DNA of 64,000 bases from Phoronis australis (GCA_002633005.1 NMRA01000037.1:1071136-1135135), one strand, 5' to 3'; positions 25,773 through 39,940 are shown, counted from the first letter of the stretch. The notes: generated from the sequence alone by a model not told the origin. A program made the numbers and translations.

Positions 25773-28085
25773 TTGGTTTCTAGTGCTAACGAACTACATT
25801 TTATACATAATTTCAGGAATAAAAAATGAGAATTAAATAGATGTTGCAATGCCGTGCAGTTACCGACGAATAAAAATATAAAATAGTAAAACTAGTAAAA
25901 CTAAAATGACGCGCGTCGGTATTAACAGACTGTAGCACACCCTTGAGAAAGAGCGCATCGCTCGATACGTGGAGATGTTTTAATATATTTTAGTACCGTA
26001 GTTTTAGTTTTACTATTTTATAGAATTAACGCACTGCGAAATCTTAGCCTTACGCGTTAACTTATACTGTGTTGCTCACGTAACTGCGTTGCACTTTTAC
26101 TGCGCAATCCCCTTTTGTTTTCAAGAAACCTCGCCAACCGTAAAACCCGTGGTGCCTTTCATCGATGTACTGCGGAATGTTCTAGGCTCAAGTCGCGCGG
26201 AATATCACCTACCAAGCCACTGTTGAAGATGTACGTTTCTCGCATTACTTTTTGTTCTCGAGTTTTCCTAGGAGCGATAAAAAAACGGTACCCGACTTCC
26301 TATGTTTTGCCGATATTTTTTAAATTACTATCTATATGTACCTGTACTTGGGCCCCCTGTGTGCAGCACAAGATGTTTTTTACTCACATTTTGTGGTTGA
26401 ATTTGTCCTTGTTTCTTGATCAACTTCTTACCCAGGATTTCATAATTGAGAGACAGAGAGAGACAGAGATAGTTTCGACATTTTCATTGCTTAAAAAACT
26501 GCGCCTCATTTCACTAACCCGTCTGTAATATCGACTGATCCTCACCAGTCTCTGATATGACAGCAAGTTATACTGTCTAATGTTTCGAACTTTGCCATGT
26601 GAAAGTCTGAAACACCTAAAGGTGTTTTTGATTTGTGAAGAACAAAATTAATGTGTACTGCATGCTGAGCTGTTATTGATTTGTAGCGCATAAAAACACG
26701 TGCTGTGGCCAACTTGGAGAATTCTTTGTGCTGCGTTACGTTCAGCGTGGTACCCGTCACCACCCGTAGGGCATATTTGCAGTCATGTTTGGTAATCCCT
26801 GCGTTATGTATACTGCCACTTCGCCTTTGTGTGCAAGATGACCCGTCACTTGGTGACTGCTTGTATGAAGCAGAAAAGAACGTTTTGTGGGGCATATCTC
26901 AGTAACCCGTGTCGTCTTATGAGAAGCGAGAAGCGTCCTCATTTCCAGTTTCTGTACTAAGTTTTTGGTCAACGTGTTCCTTCTAACACTTCTTGCGATT
27001 CACTCAATAAGTCTATTATAAAGAATTCATTTCCATTTTTTAAATGGGGCTCTTTTATTTTCCATGATGCAGGTTAGGGTTTATAATCGACGAGTATTTG
27101 CCAGATGGTGAACATTTTAATGTTTCAAAACAATAAACTAATAAATCACCTAATGTACTTGTTTATTTCACTGTACTATGTCTTTATTTCAATCAATCTC
27201 TTTATTTATAGTCATTTTGACAAAACAGACAAACACTAGCCGAAGGCTAATATAATATAATATGTCAGATAGTAAAGTCCAAGTGATAGTAGAATGCTAT
27301 TGCGTAATAGTGGCTACATTTGCGTCTCTTGAGGCAATACATTAATGTTACGTAAAACCTTATCGACATGTCTAGTTGAGTATTGAAACAAATAACCACA
27401 AAAATATCATAAGTTTATATTTTCTGAAAGAAGATAGCCAAGTAGAATTTTTTGATATTTGACGTTTTTCCAATCTCTCATAAACTGGGTCACGTGATCA
27501 TGTGCTTTACTAAATGAAATTTAGCAAACATTGATAGCAATAACGTGAACAAATTCTACTTCGCACACAGGTAACTGTTAAGAATGTTTTCTCCCTTCCT
27601 GTATAAGTGTTAAGTGCAACTGAGTCTGCCTGTGTGGCATATTGAATACAGAAGCGTTTCGTGTTGTAAAGTCCCTCGCAGCGTAATATTAGGTCAGACC
27701 AATATCGCAACACCAGACTGGAATGAATCAACGAACAAAACAATGAATGCGAACACTATAAGCCAAAACATCTGGAATCTCACTGAAGTATTTATCCTCG
27801 TTTACCTCGAATCCATCTTTTTAAAGAAACATTTCGTAATGTTGTCTGAGGCAGGCAATTCGTTTTTATGGGTACAATTTTGCTCGTGATTCGTACGAGA
27901 CGTATTTATGGAAGGATTTCTGCTTAGCAACCTACCCACGTTCAGAACAAATACAGCGAAGGCAGAAGGCGAGATCGTCTGATTTTGCGAAGCTGTCCAA
28001 GGGCATCGCCCCCACCCTCTCGTTTGACGAGATTGAAATATTCGTGGGAAGGGATATACTTTTACGACTTATGTTTAGGAGTCAT

Positions 28086-31000
28086 CTAAATTATAGTTTC
28101 TCTTGTTTCTACGTTCAACACAACTCCAACACGTTTTTGACGATAACGATGTTGATCTGAACCGGCTTTTGAAGTGCAATCAGTTGATTGTACGTTAGAG
28201 CGTGTAGTTGGCAGGGAAGATGTCGAGAGTATTTGTCTAATATTTGCTGTGTATTCTTCTGCCTCTGTCCCCGGAAAACTCTTTTCTGGCGAGTTTTGAC
28301 GGTTGGTTTCCTCCCGTTTTGAATCGGCCACGACCGCAATTGTTGATTGGAGCATCACTGCGTGTAAAGGACTGGGGAATTTAAACGTGAGGTTACTTCC
28401 CGAAAATGTGCGGGCTCTCATAAATGTATTTGGGAACGATTCGCCGGCTAGCTCCACGTTTTGGCATGGAAGTTCTGATCCACTTTTGCTGCATTCGTCT
28501 GCAACACTTGGAATTGATGTTTCATCTCTATTACCTATGCAGTTCGCGTTTACGTCTTGATTTTTATTTGTTTGGCAACTCTTCGGTGTAGATAATGCTT
28601 TAACGGGACGCTGAGGCGAAGCATTTTTCGCAAAACACATGTTGACTATTTCTATCGGTCGTAAATTTTGATAAGTATTTTTTTCTGTGTGCATGTCGTG
28701 GAAGTCACTCTTCTCACTGTCGTTTTGCTCGGCGGACGTATGAGGAGTGATGTGGTCACAGCTCCTCGACTTTGATTTGAGGACATCCAACATGGCCGAC
28801 TTGTTCTTACATAAACTTCCGGAGTCTTTTGGTGCCAATCGACGTGGTTTAATTGACGACATGGAGACTGATCGTTGGCGAAACGAGTCTTCTGTCACGT
28901 TATCAATAGCTGCGTTTCTAGTCGTTCTTTTCGTTCCTTCGGGCGAGCTGGCGCCTGGTTTGATAGCCTGTGCACGACTTTGGTGATTACTACGGCAAAC
29001 CATCGTACTCTGATTACACAATATCGTGTCAGCACTCTGTGCTCGGTTTTCAGAAAAATGCTTACGTTTTTCCTTGAGTTTTGAAACGGGGTCGAATTTT
29101 TGTCTCGTTTCTAAAGGGTTTCCCAACTCAGTTTTAGTGGTACTGTATGTCGCAGCACGGCCGTCGACGTCTCTGTTCTCGTTTACGTGCAACGCGCTGT
29201 CTCGTACCCTAAGTGTGTTCGGGAGCATTCCGTTGCCGTCCGTGGCGCTCACTGTTGAATTGTGGTGACTCTTATCACTGAGCTCTTCTACAGTTTTTAA
29301 AGAGGGTTTCGAGTCTGAGACTGAAATACATCGCCTTCTAGAATGTGCAAGCGCTTGGCGCTGGTCGTGCTTGCTGTGATCTCGGAGATTTTCCGCTATT
29401 TGTTTTTCTTTTACCCCAGTTGGTATTTCCTTTTCTTGATGCAACGTTTTTTCAGGCCGTGGCGGTTTGTCGTCGCCACCGAACCCGTGTCCCGTGTTTT
29501 CACAATCTAGATCCACCTTTATCTGGAAAACAAAAGCATTTCACTGTAGCAATGGAAGATCACGTTTTGTTGGAAATTTGGTAGCATACGTCACGCACTA
29601 TCCTCAGTTCGTTTCGTCTCTTTTGTTTCATCTGACGGAACAAAACAATGCGATAGGGGTATTTAATTCACCGAGCAACTGTCCGATCGTACAAGCAGTA
29701 AATCATAGCCAACATCGATATGTTATCGACATAAATCTTCGAACACAGTTACATTGATATCGACTCCTGTTATAACAGGGCAGCTGATCTCGGTGGGTTA
29801 AACCCGATCACTGAAAGGCTTTATCGCCTCTCAGCTGGAATGAAAGGAACTGCAGATTGGTCGAAACGTCAAATTTTCATATACGAAGTGTCTAACAACC
29901 GAGACTTATGTAAGGGACTCGGCTGAGTTCACTGAGTCAACTGCGTTTGTGGGCTTGTGAAAACGCCGACTGTCCCTTATTATACTGTTTTAGTTTTATT
30001 ACTAAGTCAATTTTCGGCTTTGATGCAAACAGAGAGTGAAATCTACGTTGAATTCTCAATATTATTGAAGATACGTAGAGATCTTTTCATGCAACGCCCC
30101 TAACTTATGGACTACGTCCCTGTTTATTTTCATTGAACTAAGGATTGTTAGCTAGAAAATGCCATTAGTCAAATAGGAGTTCATAAATATATAAAACAAC
30201 AGAAAAAAATAACCTGTGAATAGAGAACGGCACAAATGCACAAAAGACTTAGTTGAGTCCCTATTTGGGAGTATTTCATGTAACCAGGCACAGAGAGCAA
30301 ATAACAAAGCGACTTGAAAGACGTCTTAAATTTACAATAAATCTTTATCTCGGATCAGTACACCTGTCGCGTCTGTCCGGAGTTGTGTAGTTTGAGAAGA
30401 CCACGTTTCAGGTAGATTCAAACAAAAAGATAATACCGAATCTTCCTCCTTAATTACAAAAGTCGACATATTAATCAAACTGAAAAAAATTGCGAGTGAA
30501 TCAACTGAATGGTGTAATTCACATGAAATGTAATGGAATTCGCTTGTTTGAAATAGTCTACAATCTTGTTAATATGGAATGATTTCCGATAAAAGATACT
30601 ATAGATCTGCATGCAAGTCAATGCACACTGCTAAACTCTGGAGAAATCAACCAATCTAAGATTCAGATAACCAACTTTCAGAAGGACTCCTTGAACATGC
30701 GCGTTTATATGCTGTGTTTATCATGCACAATCGCGTCACCGTCACGACGACTTCTCAATATAATTTAAAATTCTCTTCTAAATAAAAGAATCTCATTAAA
30801 TGAAAATACCGAGAAACCGAGTTGATCTGATTCGATTAGCACAGCATTCATGTACAACGCGTCCAAATTACTAGGTGAGTTCGTTTCGTTCTGGCTTTTC
30901 TTTTGCCTTCGGCCACAATGAAAGTTAAGTTTTCATTGCGATCTTTACGAATGAGCAGATCTCAATAAGAACGTTTACGCAACGGAATATGCTTGGCCGA

Positions 31001-34000
31001 CACCCATCAACAGTTTTGTGTAACGTCATTAGCATTTGTAATGAAACCTGTTATTCGAAATTAATGTTCAGATCAGTGGAGGGCACGGGACGCCGAGAGC
31101 AGTCCAACGCAACTTCTTGCTTGTGACGGGGTTAGCTATATGAATTTTGAAAAATATTTTGTGATCAAGAATTTGGCAATATATGGGCACAAAATACGTT
31201 TTTACTTTCAAATTGCACGGCCCATTTCACGACAAAATTTTACGTAAATATTCCCTACAAAATGACAACGCATACATGTTATGCGAAGGTCGCGAAAAAA
31301 TATACTTGGGTTTCAATTGGTTTATAGCATGCACGTTTCAACTTCGCGTGATTTGAATCTCGCGCACGCGTGATTAGTTCTTGAGCGATACACGTGGGAA
31401 ACAATGTAGTTGTAAATATAAAACCCATGCAAACGCCATCTTTGATAACCATTGTCTCGACTCATGTTTGGAGATAGACCCCTTTGCTTTGATTCATTAA
31501 TACGGCGAGTTAGCGTCTTTCATTACACGCGATACCACCGTGGATCGAACGGACTACAACGGGAGGATGGACCTAATATAAGCACCGTGACCGCGTGGGC
31601 TACCTTAGTATATTTCATTTTGGAGTTTTGGATTTCAGCGCTTGATGCAAATATTAATGCTGCGTGCTAACTTTTTCCGCGCACAGACGCAAACGATTCA
31701 GTTCAGATGCAGTGAACATTGTGAACTCATCAGACAGTTTTGATAAGTTTTATGCTGTCGGAGCAAGAAGAATAAAACAGGTTTGCGCTAGACTTACAAT
31801 TCAATTTGTGACCAACTGCGAGACGATATTCTTTTTCGGCAAGGACCCGGTACAATAAGAAACATGGTAGTTTAAATTCAAATTATTGAGGCTATTGGAT
31901 CGATTATCAAAATATTTGCCTCCCAAATGGCAAATTGTGCAATTTCGTAAGATACAGGACACGTTCATAAATGAGAGAACATTGCCTTTGTTCACATATT
32001 GAAGGCAGTGATGATCAATAGATATCCTAGCTAACAGTGTTGCGCAAACGAAAAGGTGTGAGTGTAAACACACGCGCAGACTGTATTTGGCCAAACTTGA
32101 CGATTGGTTCCGAAATGTTCGTTTCTGCTTACCAGCCACGGTAAATGTTATCATCGTTGCCAGTTATTAAAAGTACAACGTTGAACACGTGCCTTTCATT
32201 AAAACTTTTGATTTAGACTACTTATTATTACGAGATAGGTCATGTCTTGTCTTGGATTAGATATTATTTCTAAACTTGCGAAGAAATGACACTTCGTTTA
32301 TACTTCCGACTAGACTCGCTAAGACGCTTGTCACGGCGGGTTAGTTTCAGCCGGCTAAGCAATAAGACCGGCAGGGTAATCACAGGAGCTTAACTGAAAC
32401 CAATTTCAATCCAAGCAAAGGATAAGAACACAATGGCGCTGATAGAGTGAGAGCAAATTTAAAATAGTTGTTTTTTGTCAGGTTGGGTCAATAGAGAAAC
32501 GCAGACGAAACTCTGAGGGGGGAAAACTGTATACAGCTTATGTATGACGCAAAATTACTGAGTTCATTTATGTACGAAACCAGTAGGCCCCTATTGTAGA
32601 TTGACAAATGTACTTACACACCAATGCTACTGGCGTGAGCCAATAGAATTTGGTTTCAGAAAAATGAAATTCATTCACACTGACAGCTCAAAAAACTTTT
32701 TGAAATCTATTTTCAGGCCACTCAGTGGTCACACTAAAAAGCGCTCTCTTGGAGTGCGAAGTTATTCGGAATTTTTGGAAGTCGGTGAACAGCTGGTTTC
32801 AGCCAAAACAGGGCTCGCTATTGGCTTGAGTTTGGCAGATGTTGTCTTAGGGAAAGTGGGGTCCAAAAGTGTGATTAATCTCCTTATTTACTTAGTAAAA
32901 CCTCATACGTATAGAGCTAGGTTAAATTCCAGACCTCCCTGCTTGCAATGGTTCAAGAATGAAGTGTTTGAATATTATAACACAGAAAAGGTAATTTACT
33001 ATAACAGCCTGAATTATGAACATTTTAGAAAAAGGTGGATCCCTGTAGAAGGTCATTTTGTGTAACAATCTAACAACTTAATACGTGTGCCTATATTCGA
33101 TTACGGCGTGAATGGGGTGTACATGTTTTTTTTATTAAAATACGCTTGTGTATGTACACTCCCCTGCAGGGATAGTATTTATATTGTTTCTTCTGTAGGT
33201 TATGGTTGTGAATACAATAAACGTATTAAAAAGGCGCTCTTTTAATTCATTATTATATGTGGCATTAGGTTGCAACATAAAATGAATTGAAAGTTGGAAT
33301 CTTCTCGTCGTTATGTTGCACATAACTGATCCTGAATTTCCATAAATGTTTGACTGTGTCGTCTTAATTTTTGTTGACACAGTCTACACGGTGTTGTTCG
33401 CTAACTTCCGTAATGTAAATATTTATGTTATGTATATGGAATAAAAACATTTCCAACGGAAATTGCTACGAAATTCACTACAAGGAATTGGCGCTCCCAT
33501 ACGTTGAGAGGACTATGCGCGACACAGAGATAAAGTGCCTAGCACACAAAAACTTTCAATTGACGATTAATAAGCTGTGTGTAGGTCCGCCATTAAACCC
33601 TTTATTAAAAACAAATATTTGGATTTCAGATAAGTTTCACAAGCTTGGTGTATACCATCATAGTAAACAGGACGCTACTGCCTTTTGCAAAACATGTTAT
33701 ATTTCGCTGGTCACGTGCTTCTATGGTGGAGGTGGATGCGAGTTACTCGTCTACATTTGAGTTGTTGTAAAGGAGCGATATGAAGCTCTTTTTGAATCTG
33801 TCCATTGACCGTCATCTCTTGGCATTATCCTGGATCTACGCTGCACCCATTGGCCACAAGAGGATGCGTTATAAATTGAGAAGTGTAAATCTATGCGCAA
33901 ATAATATTTCTTATCAAGAAACTTCATTTCAGGGTTAAAAATTAAAGTGACATTATCGGTCAGAGTTCGGAATCGAACCAGCAATCTAACGTACATCTGG

Positions 34001-35728
34001 TGGAGCTAAACGTTACTCAATAAATGACACAGAATTGTAAGGGTGTNTAGTATTTATATTGCTTCTTCTGTAGGTTATGGTTGTGAATACAATAAACGTA
34101 TTAAAAAGGCGCTCTTTTAATTCATTATTATATGTGGCATTAGGTTGCAACATAAAATGAATTGAAAGTTGGATCTTCTCGTCGTTATGTTGCACATAAC
34201 TGATCCTGAATTTCCATAAATGTTTGACTGTGTCGTCTTAATTTTTGTTGACACAGTCTACATGGTGTTGTTCGCTAACTTCCGTAATGTAAATATTTAT
34301 GTTATGTATATGGAATAAAAACATTTCCAACGGAAATTGCTACGAAATTCACTACAAGGAATTGGCGCTCCCATACGTTGAGTGGACTATGCGCGACACA
34401 GAGATAAAGTGCCTAGCACACAAAAACTTTCAATTGACGATTAATAAGCTGTGTGTAGGTCCGCCATTAAACCCTTTATTAAAAACAAATATTTGGATTT
34501 CAGATAAGTTTCACAAGCTTGGTGTATACCATCATAGTAAACAGGACGCTACTGCCTTTTGCAAAACATGTTATATTTCGCTGGTCACGTGCTTCTATGG
34601 TGGAGGTGGATGCGAGTTACTCGTCTACATTTGAGTTGTTGTAAAGGAGCGATATGAAGCTCTTTTTGAATCTGTCCATTGACCGTCATCTCTTGGCATT
34701 ATCCTGGATCTACGCTGCACCCATTGGCCACAAGAGGATGCGTTATAAATTGAGAAGTGTAAATCTATGCGCAAATAATATTTCTTATCAAGAAACTTCA
34801 TTTCAGGGTTAAAAATTAAAGTGACATTATCGGTCAGAGTTCGGAATCGAACCAGCAATCTAACGTACATCTGGTGGAGCTAAACGTTACTCAATAAATG
34901 ACACAGAATTGTAAGGGTGTTAACAATAGCGGTAAAATACCGAGAGGACTTGATTACAACGAATGTCTGGCAGACGACAAGAATTGGCGATTTGTAAGAA
35001 AATCACGATAACACAACGCCGGGAGTTTATGGTTTTATGGATTGGGCGAAAGTTAATTTCAAGGGAGCAATAATTCCAAATACGAATCGTTTGGCCGTAA
35101 AACCGATAATTTCCCTGAATTCTCGCCCTTTACACATTTCTAGAAAACCTCACGAGAAGAAGAAGTAATAAAAGAAACTCACGGCAAGATGTGATGCTTG
35201 GTAATGTAAAATCTCTGCCGTTGTGTAGTGTTTATTGAGGCCGCAATGTTACGCTCTCACCTAAAACTGGGGCAATTACCCCCAGGGCAGTTTTCAATAC
35301 TTGACCAGTGGTGGCACATAGGTAGTGTGTAGTGGTCAGAGGTTACACTGTAATAATCGTTTTCCGAACCAAGGATCTTCTTAATTAACACATATAGATA
35401 CATGGGAATACTGAAAATTTTCGGTTTGTTGGATTCTATTTCTCAATTCAACGGTAAATGAACCACTCACCTTTCCGGTCGTCTCTTTCGAATACGATCC
35501 ATGCGAGTACGACCGACGCCTATGACCCGCGCCAGGGTGCAAAAGCCTCTTGGCTTCTTCGAACAGTTTCAGTTGACTCTCCCGCAAAATTTTCAGCTCT
35601 TCCGTCCCAGCCATAACAGCTTCGATGCGTGCTTGAAGTCGACGTGCCCGCGGGGGACTCCTGCCGACCGCTCTCCGAGAACTTAGAGCGCCCATCGACT
35701 TACTTCGCGGGCGAAACTCATCATCCAT
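28086..35728 (-). CDS. Dapper/DACT-like, largely disordered scaffold protein (about 564 aa, 2 coding exons)
   Basis: Exon 1 35728-35471 (MDDEFRPRSKS..RLQARIEAVMAGTEELKILRESQLKLF..ETTGK, phase-0 GTGAG donor) joins in frame to exon 2 29522-28086 (acceptor TTTTGTTTTCCAG; 478-aa S/T/K/R-rich ORF ending ETII*). The N-terminal helix resembles DACT RLEATLAGLxELxxLRxRQ; the C-terminus is a class I PDZ ligand. The gene itself is well supported, the family assignment is tentative. Confidence 0.6.
33173..34920. repeat. Near-identical tandem duplication (33173-34046 and 34048-34920) separated by a single N; probable assembly overlap
   Basis: About 874-bp copies differing by only a few substitutions and a 1-bp indel; junction exactly at N 34047. 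Confidence 0.9.
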
Positions 35729-38700
35729 GACGACGAATGTATTCGGTAACTTATTCTGCTGCTGCAAATCCAAGTCGCAAACTGTTCTCGATAACGCCTG
35801 TTCACGGTTAATAAGAACTCGGGGACTCGGTCTTAACAAATGCGTTTGTTCGGCGGGCTATCCTGAACACCTGTGGCCGCGGTAATGAAGTTGCACTTGA
35901 CGCGAGGTGTGGCAGCCCGATCGCATAACAACTGCTACCGTTTTATGGCAACCAGATTAATGTTCATCTAGGACTCCTTGCAAATAGCTAAGTTACTGCG
36001 GGCCTATTTTCAGTCCTTAAGTAGTTTTGCCTAGTCTCACCTCCCACACAAGCGGCTGGAATTTTCCCCACTGAACCCCACGCTCACGTCTATTCTATTT
36101 GACCACGAGTATACACGTTCGCTAAGCATCTGTCACGTGACAATACGAGAAGTCTGAGTGAGGCCCAACAGCAGACGACCTGTCCGTGTGTCAACAGAAA
36201 ACACGATAACATCGAATTTTACAGGTGACAAGACATAATGACGTACCCTCGTGACTCAAATTCCTGCAATAAAGGTTTACGATGTTCGGCCCCCGCTTCC
36301 CGAAATACTGACTACAAAGGGAGTCAGAGAAATGAATGAAAACACAGGCCTCGAGTATTATGGCTGGTAAACAATGACCTCGGGCCAGTGCTGGACATCT
36401 GCAATTGACATATAATTATGATAAACATCCCAAGTTATGTAGGCCGTGGGCCGTATATGAGGCTCACTCATGAAACCACTCCCGTGACCACTTTTTGAGG
36501 AAATTTTGTTTTGAAGCTTTTGGTATCGCAAACCGACATATTTTATAAGAGTGAAAAGTTCCCATAATTAAGTTTGCTCATTTCCACGACTTTTAAATTT
36601 GGGTAATTCTGCAAATTGGATATGGAATAGAACGCATTTAAAAACAATGGAACTGGGTGATACTGTAACAAATATTTCCAAAGTTTGTATGCTCTTATGA
36701 TTTAAAAATCATAAAAACACGCACAATGTTTTATCTTTTTAACATTAAATTGCAAAATTAAGAAAAACTTCTGAACATGTAAGCGTATGAAACGCCATGA
36801 ATAGCTACATGTGCAACTACTAGTGACGGATGCATGGTTTACCCCCCATTCGAATGACTATGCATTGTTTAAGTGGTCATCATCGTGGCGACGCAAAATA
36901 CGGCAACCAGACTTGCGTATAATGCATTACGTTATCTCGCTTAGCTCCGATTTTACCTTTCTTCATGCCGCCCGCCGGTCGTTTTTGCCATCCTCGCGGC
37001 TCCGTCAATACAGCGGCTCCCCCTTACGGTTCCACCTCACGAACCTTCCAAGCTACTCAACTGCATACACCCAGTTAGTTTTCAAGACGATAATGGTGCG
37101 CTTTCAAATGTGGAAGCAAACTTGATTAATTTTAAGTGAACACTGTTGGGGAGAAAAGTGACTTTCTGAGATCAACCCCAATCGAATCGAATCTGCAACC
37201 TCTGGTATCGCAGCCGTTAAAATCACGCACGCATCCACAGATATTTGTCGAGTTGATCCAACTTCCTCCTGTCGGAGTTGTCACCCACTCCACTGAGCAT
37301 AGAGCGGGTCGGCAGTTACGGTAATATTTCATTAGCATTGGAAGGACTAATATTTAGCCAACTTAATACAATACAATACAATACAACACAGAAACAAATA
37401 ACACGTTCAGTGGTGCCAAAACGAGGCTACAAAGGTGCGTGAACGATATTGCGGCATTATGGGTAAATACAACGAGATTCGAGTGGCGTCCTATTCACGC
37501 GCGTTTTCCATGTGAGCAGTGGACGGGAGAGTAAGGCCTAGTAAATCCGATATTTTCGAAAGATATCGACAAGACTGTCAAAATATTGCAATTATGCCAT
37601 ATGATTGATGATGCTATTTACTTCGCAAGTCAACACAAGCGTGTTTACGTGTATCAAGATATTGACATCCCGGCAGTCAAATTATATCCACGTGTAGCCC
37701 CATGCTGTATTTTCGGACGAAAAACATTACATTAACTTGCAATGCCAACCGAAAATTTTCGCTTTCATTAACTTGTCGTGTTTCAGTTTCTCTTAAATTG
37801 TCGCTTTGCCGCATTATTTTTAGCAAATTTACGATAATTATGTCGATTTCCGACAGGTTGTTTAGTCACCAGGTGGCGAGAGCGTCTAGGTTAGCCGACT
37901 CGTGGACCAGATGGTCTCGCCACCTGGTGGCAATTTACCTATTTACGTGAAATGAGTCAACTGCCTTTTAGATAGGGCCTATGTTAAATATATGTACTTT
38001 TGTGCAACATATCTTAATTCTTTCGTTTTATTTCCCACAACCACTATTTAATTACTACACATTTTCTGCCTGCCGTATTGTGTGCCCCCATCAAGGAGTC
38101 GGCGGTGTAGGAAACTCCCTTGAGCAGGCGATCATGCGTCCGTTGAGGATGTTGCGGCTAAAAATGATGCCGGCGAAAGAGAATTTTGGCAAATGAAAAT
38201 TTGTATTTTCTCCGTGTAAAATAGAGAGTATTCCATATGATAATCTGTAACAAATATGTCATTTGACAAAATGTTGGTTTGTGACGCCATGGTTTCCATG
38301 TCACGAGTGTCGCCTGCCCTCGCCACATTGAAAATGGTTGAAACCCAGTAAACTCGGAATCCTGTAACATTTGTGCTCGCCTCAGGTGGATTTTCAATTT
38401 TGAAAAACTGAGCAACTAAAAAATACCTTACAACCGACTGGCTCGACCAGAACCAATTGTACGAGTTTTTTATCTTTATCTATGGAAACTGAGTTTCTGT
38501 AACTTACGCTTTATTTCAGTCATTACAGGACTTGTACCCGGAACACAAAATGCGATTTTCAAAGAAAATTGTTTGCTCAAATGTATCGTACAGGCACACG
38601 CGCCTAAATTTCGCTTATTTGGAAACGTGGATCTCCTTTATACAGGTGCACGCTTTGTTGTGAAAAAAATGAAAAAGGTCAGACATATGACTAGTAAAGT

Positions 38701-39399
38701 AGTACGTCATCTTGTTCGTGCCAAACATTTTTACGCGACTTGATCATTTAGACACAGTAATCTTTGTTTATGGTCTGACCACCCATTTCCTACCAGATAA
38801 GATCACGTTCTGTGAGACTTATTAGTCATTACTTCTGTGGCTCTGCATGGTATCCGACGTGTGCATGTAGGCCTATGTATAACGTCACAATCACGCACGC
38901 TATGACAACTGGCGAATTGCAAGTTCGCTACCAACACAGTCTCGACCCGAAGCCTCAAGATGGCGCTGATCAGTTCAGTCATCACCTGCCGGTTACCAAT
39001 ACTGATGGTGGCATCGTCACCTATTAGAATAAACAGTTCCTTCGTTCTGTGAACAGTTTTTGTATTATCCATTTTAAAAACAATTTTCACCAACATTTCG
39101 TTTTTAATTTACTCGAAAATCACATTACATCACTTATCTTTTTACACAATGTGACTTCTGTTCACATTTAATACGAAAACACTTCCTAATGTTATTGCTA
39201 CAGCATATTCTGCTTAAAAAGACACGCATTGGTGAATCTGATAATCATACAAACTGCCAGAATTGTATACGTTTTATACAGGCGACCTGGCAGTGACAAC
39301 TGGCGGAAAAAATATTAACACGATCACAAATATGCTTGACCCGGAAATATTGCACTCAATTTTAAATTTTAAAGTGTTTCTGGGAATTTATAAACAATT

Positions 39400-39940
39400 G
39401 CGCTACCCTACCTTAATGCGGATTTGCCACATTGATAATGTCAAAATATGTACAAGAACTTTTATTTGACGTTAGTCACTTGCGACAGTCGAGTAACTCA
39501 CTATTTGCTTACGTGCCCAGTCTACACTGCTGAGCGCGAACGCCACATTCGCAGCCTCCAGTCCAATGATCAGTTCTGGTCTCACTTTGATAAGCTCCAT
39601 AATAGGGTTGGCAAATTCACTTTTTATCATCTGGTTGCACAACTTAGATTGTTGCTGAAATATTTTACAACTCCAAGACCTGGCTTGTGATTTCATTTCT
39701 TCGATGTCATACACCTGATTTAATGTCTACGGTATGTGAGCTTTTTCTTAATATCTTATTCCTCTAATTACGTATAATTTCCTTTTGTTTTTGTTTTCTT
39801 TGTGTTTATTACCCATTACTATATTTTTACTTGACTAATTTACAGCTAAGTATACTTATAAGCCTGAGTGTAATGATTCGTTTACTGAGCTTATTCTCTG
39901 CACCACTTCATTGTTTTATACTCGTGGTGCAATAAAAATA
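39400..39940 (+). mobile_element. 3' remnant of a non-LTR retrotransposon (LINE)
   Basis: Peptide VTHYLLTCPVYTAER matches the H.L..C..Y...R end of the LINE ORF2 zinc knuckle; followed by a T-rich UTR and a GCACCA..TGGTGC stem before AATAAAAATA. Confidence 0.6.

Noticed and set aside
31690-31740. Minus-strand CTGATGA-GTTCA..TGAAC-TGAAT hammerhead-like core; other CTGANGA sites checked at 3185, 9950 and 49440
   Set aside because: No canonical GAAA directly after stem II and no supporting stems I/III.
33425-34870. Duplicated 111-aa and 81-aa ORFs suggesting tandem genes
   Set aside because: They are identical only because of the N-flanked duplication, lie in an intron, and show no recognisable motif.
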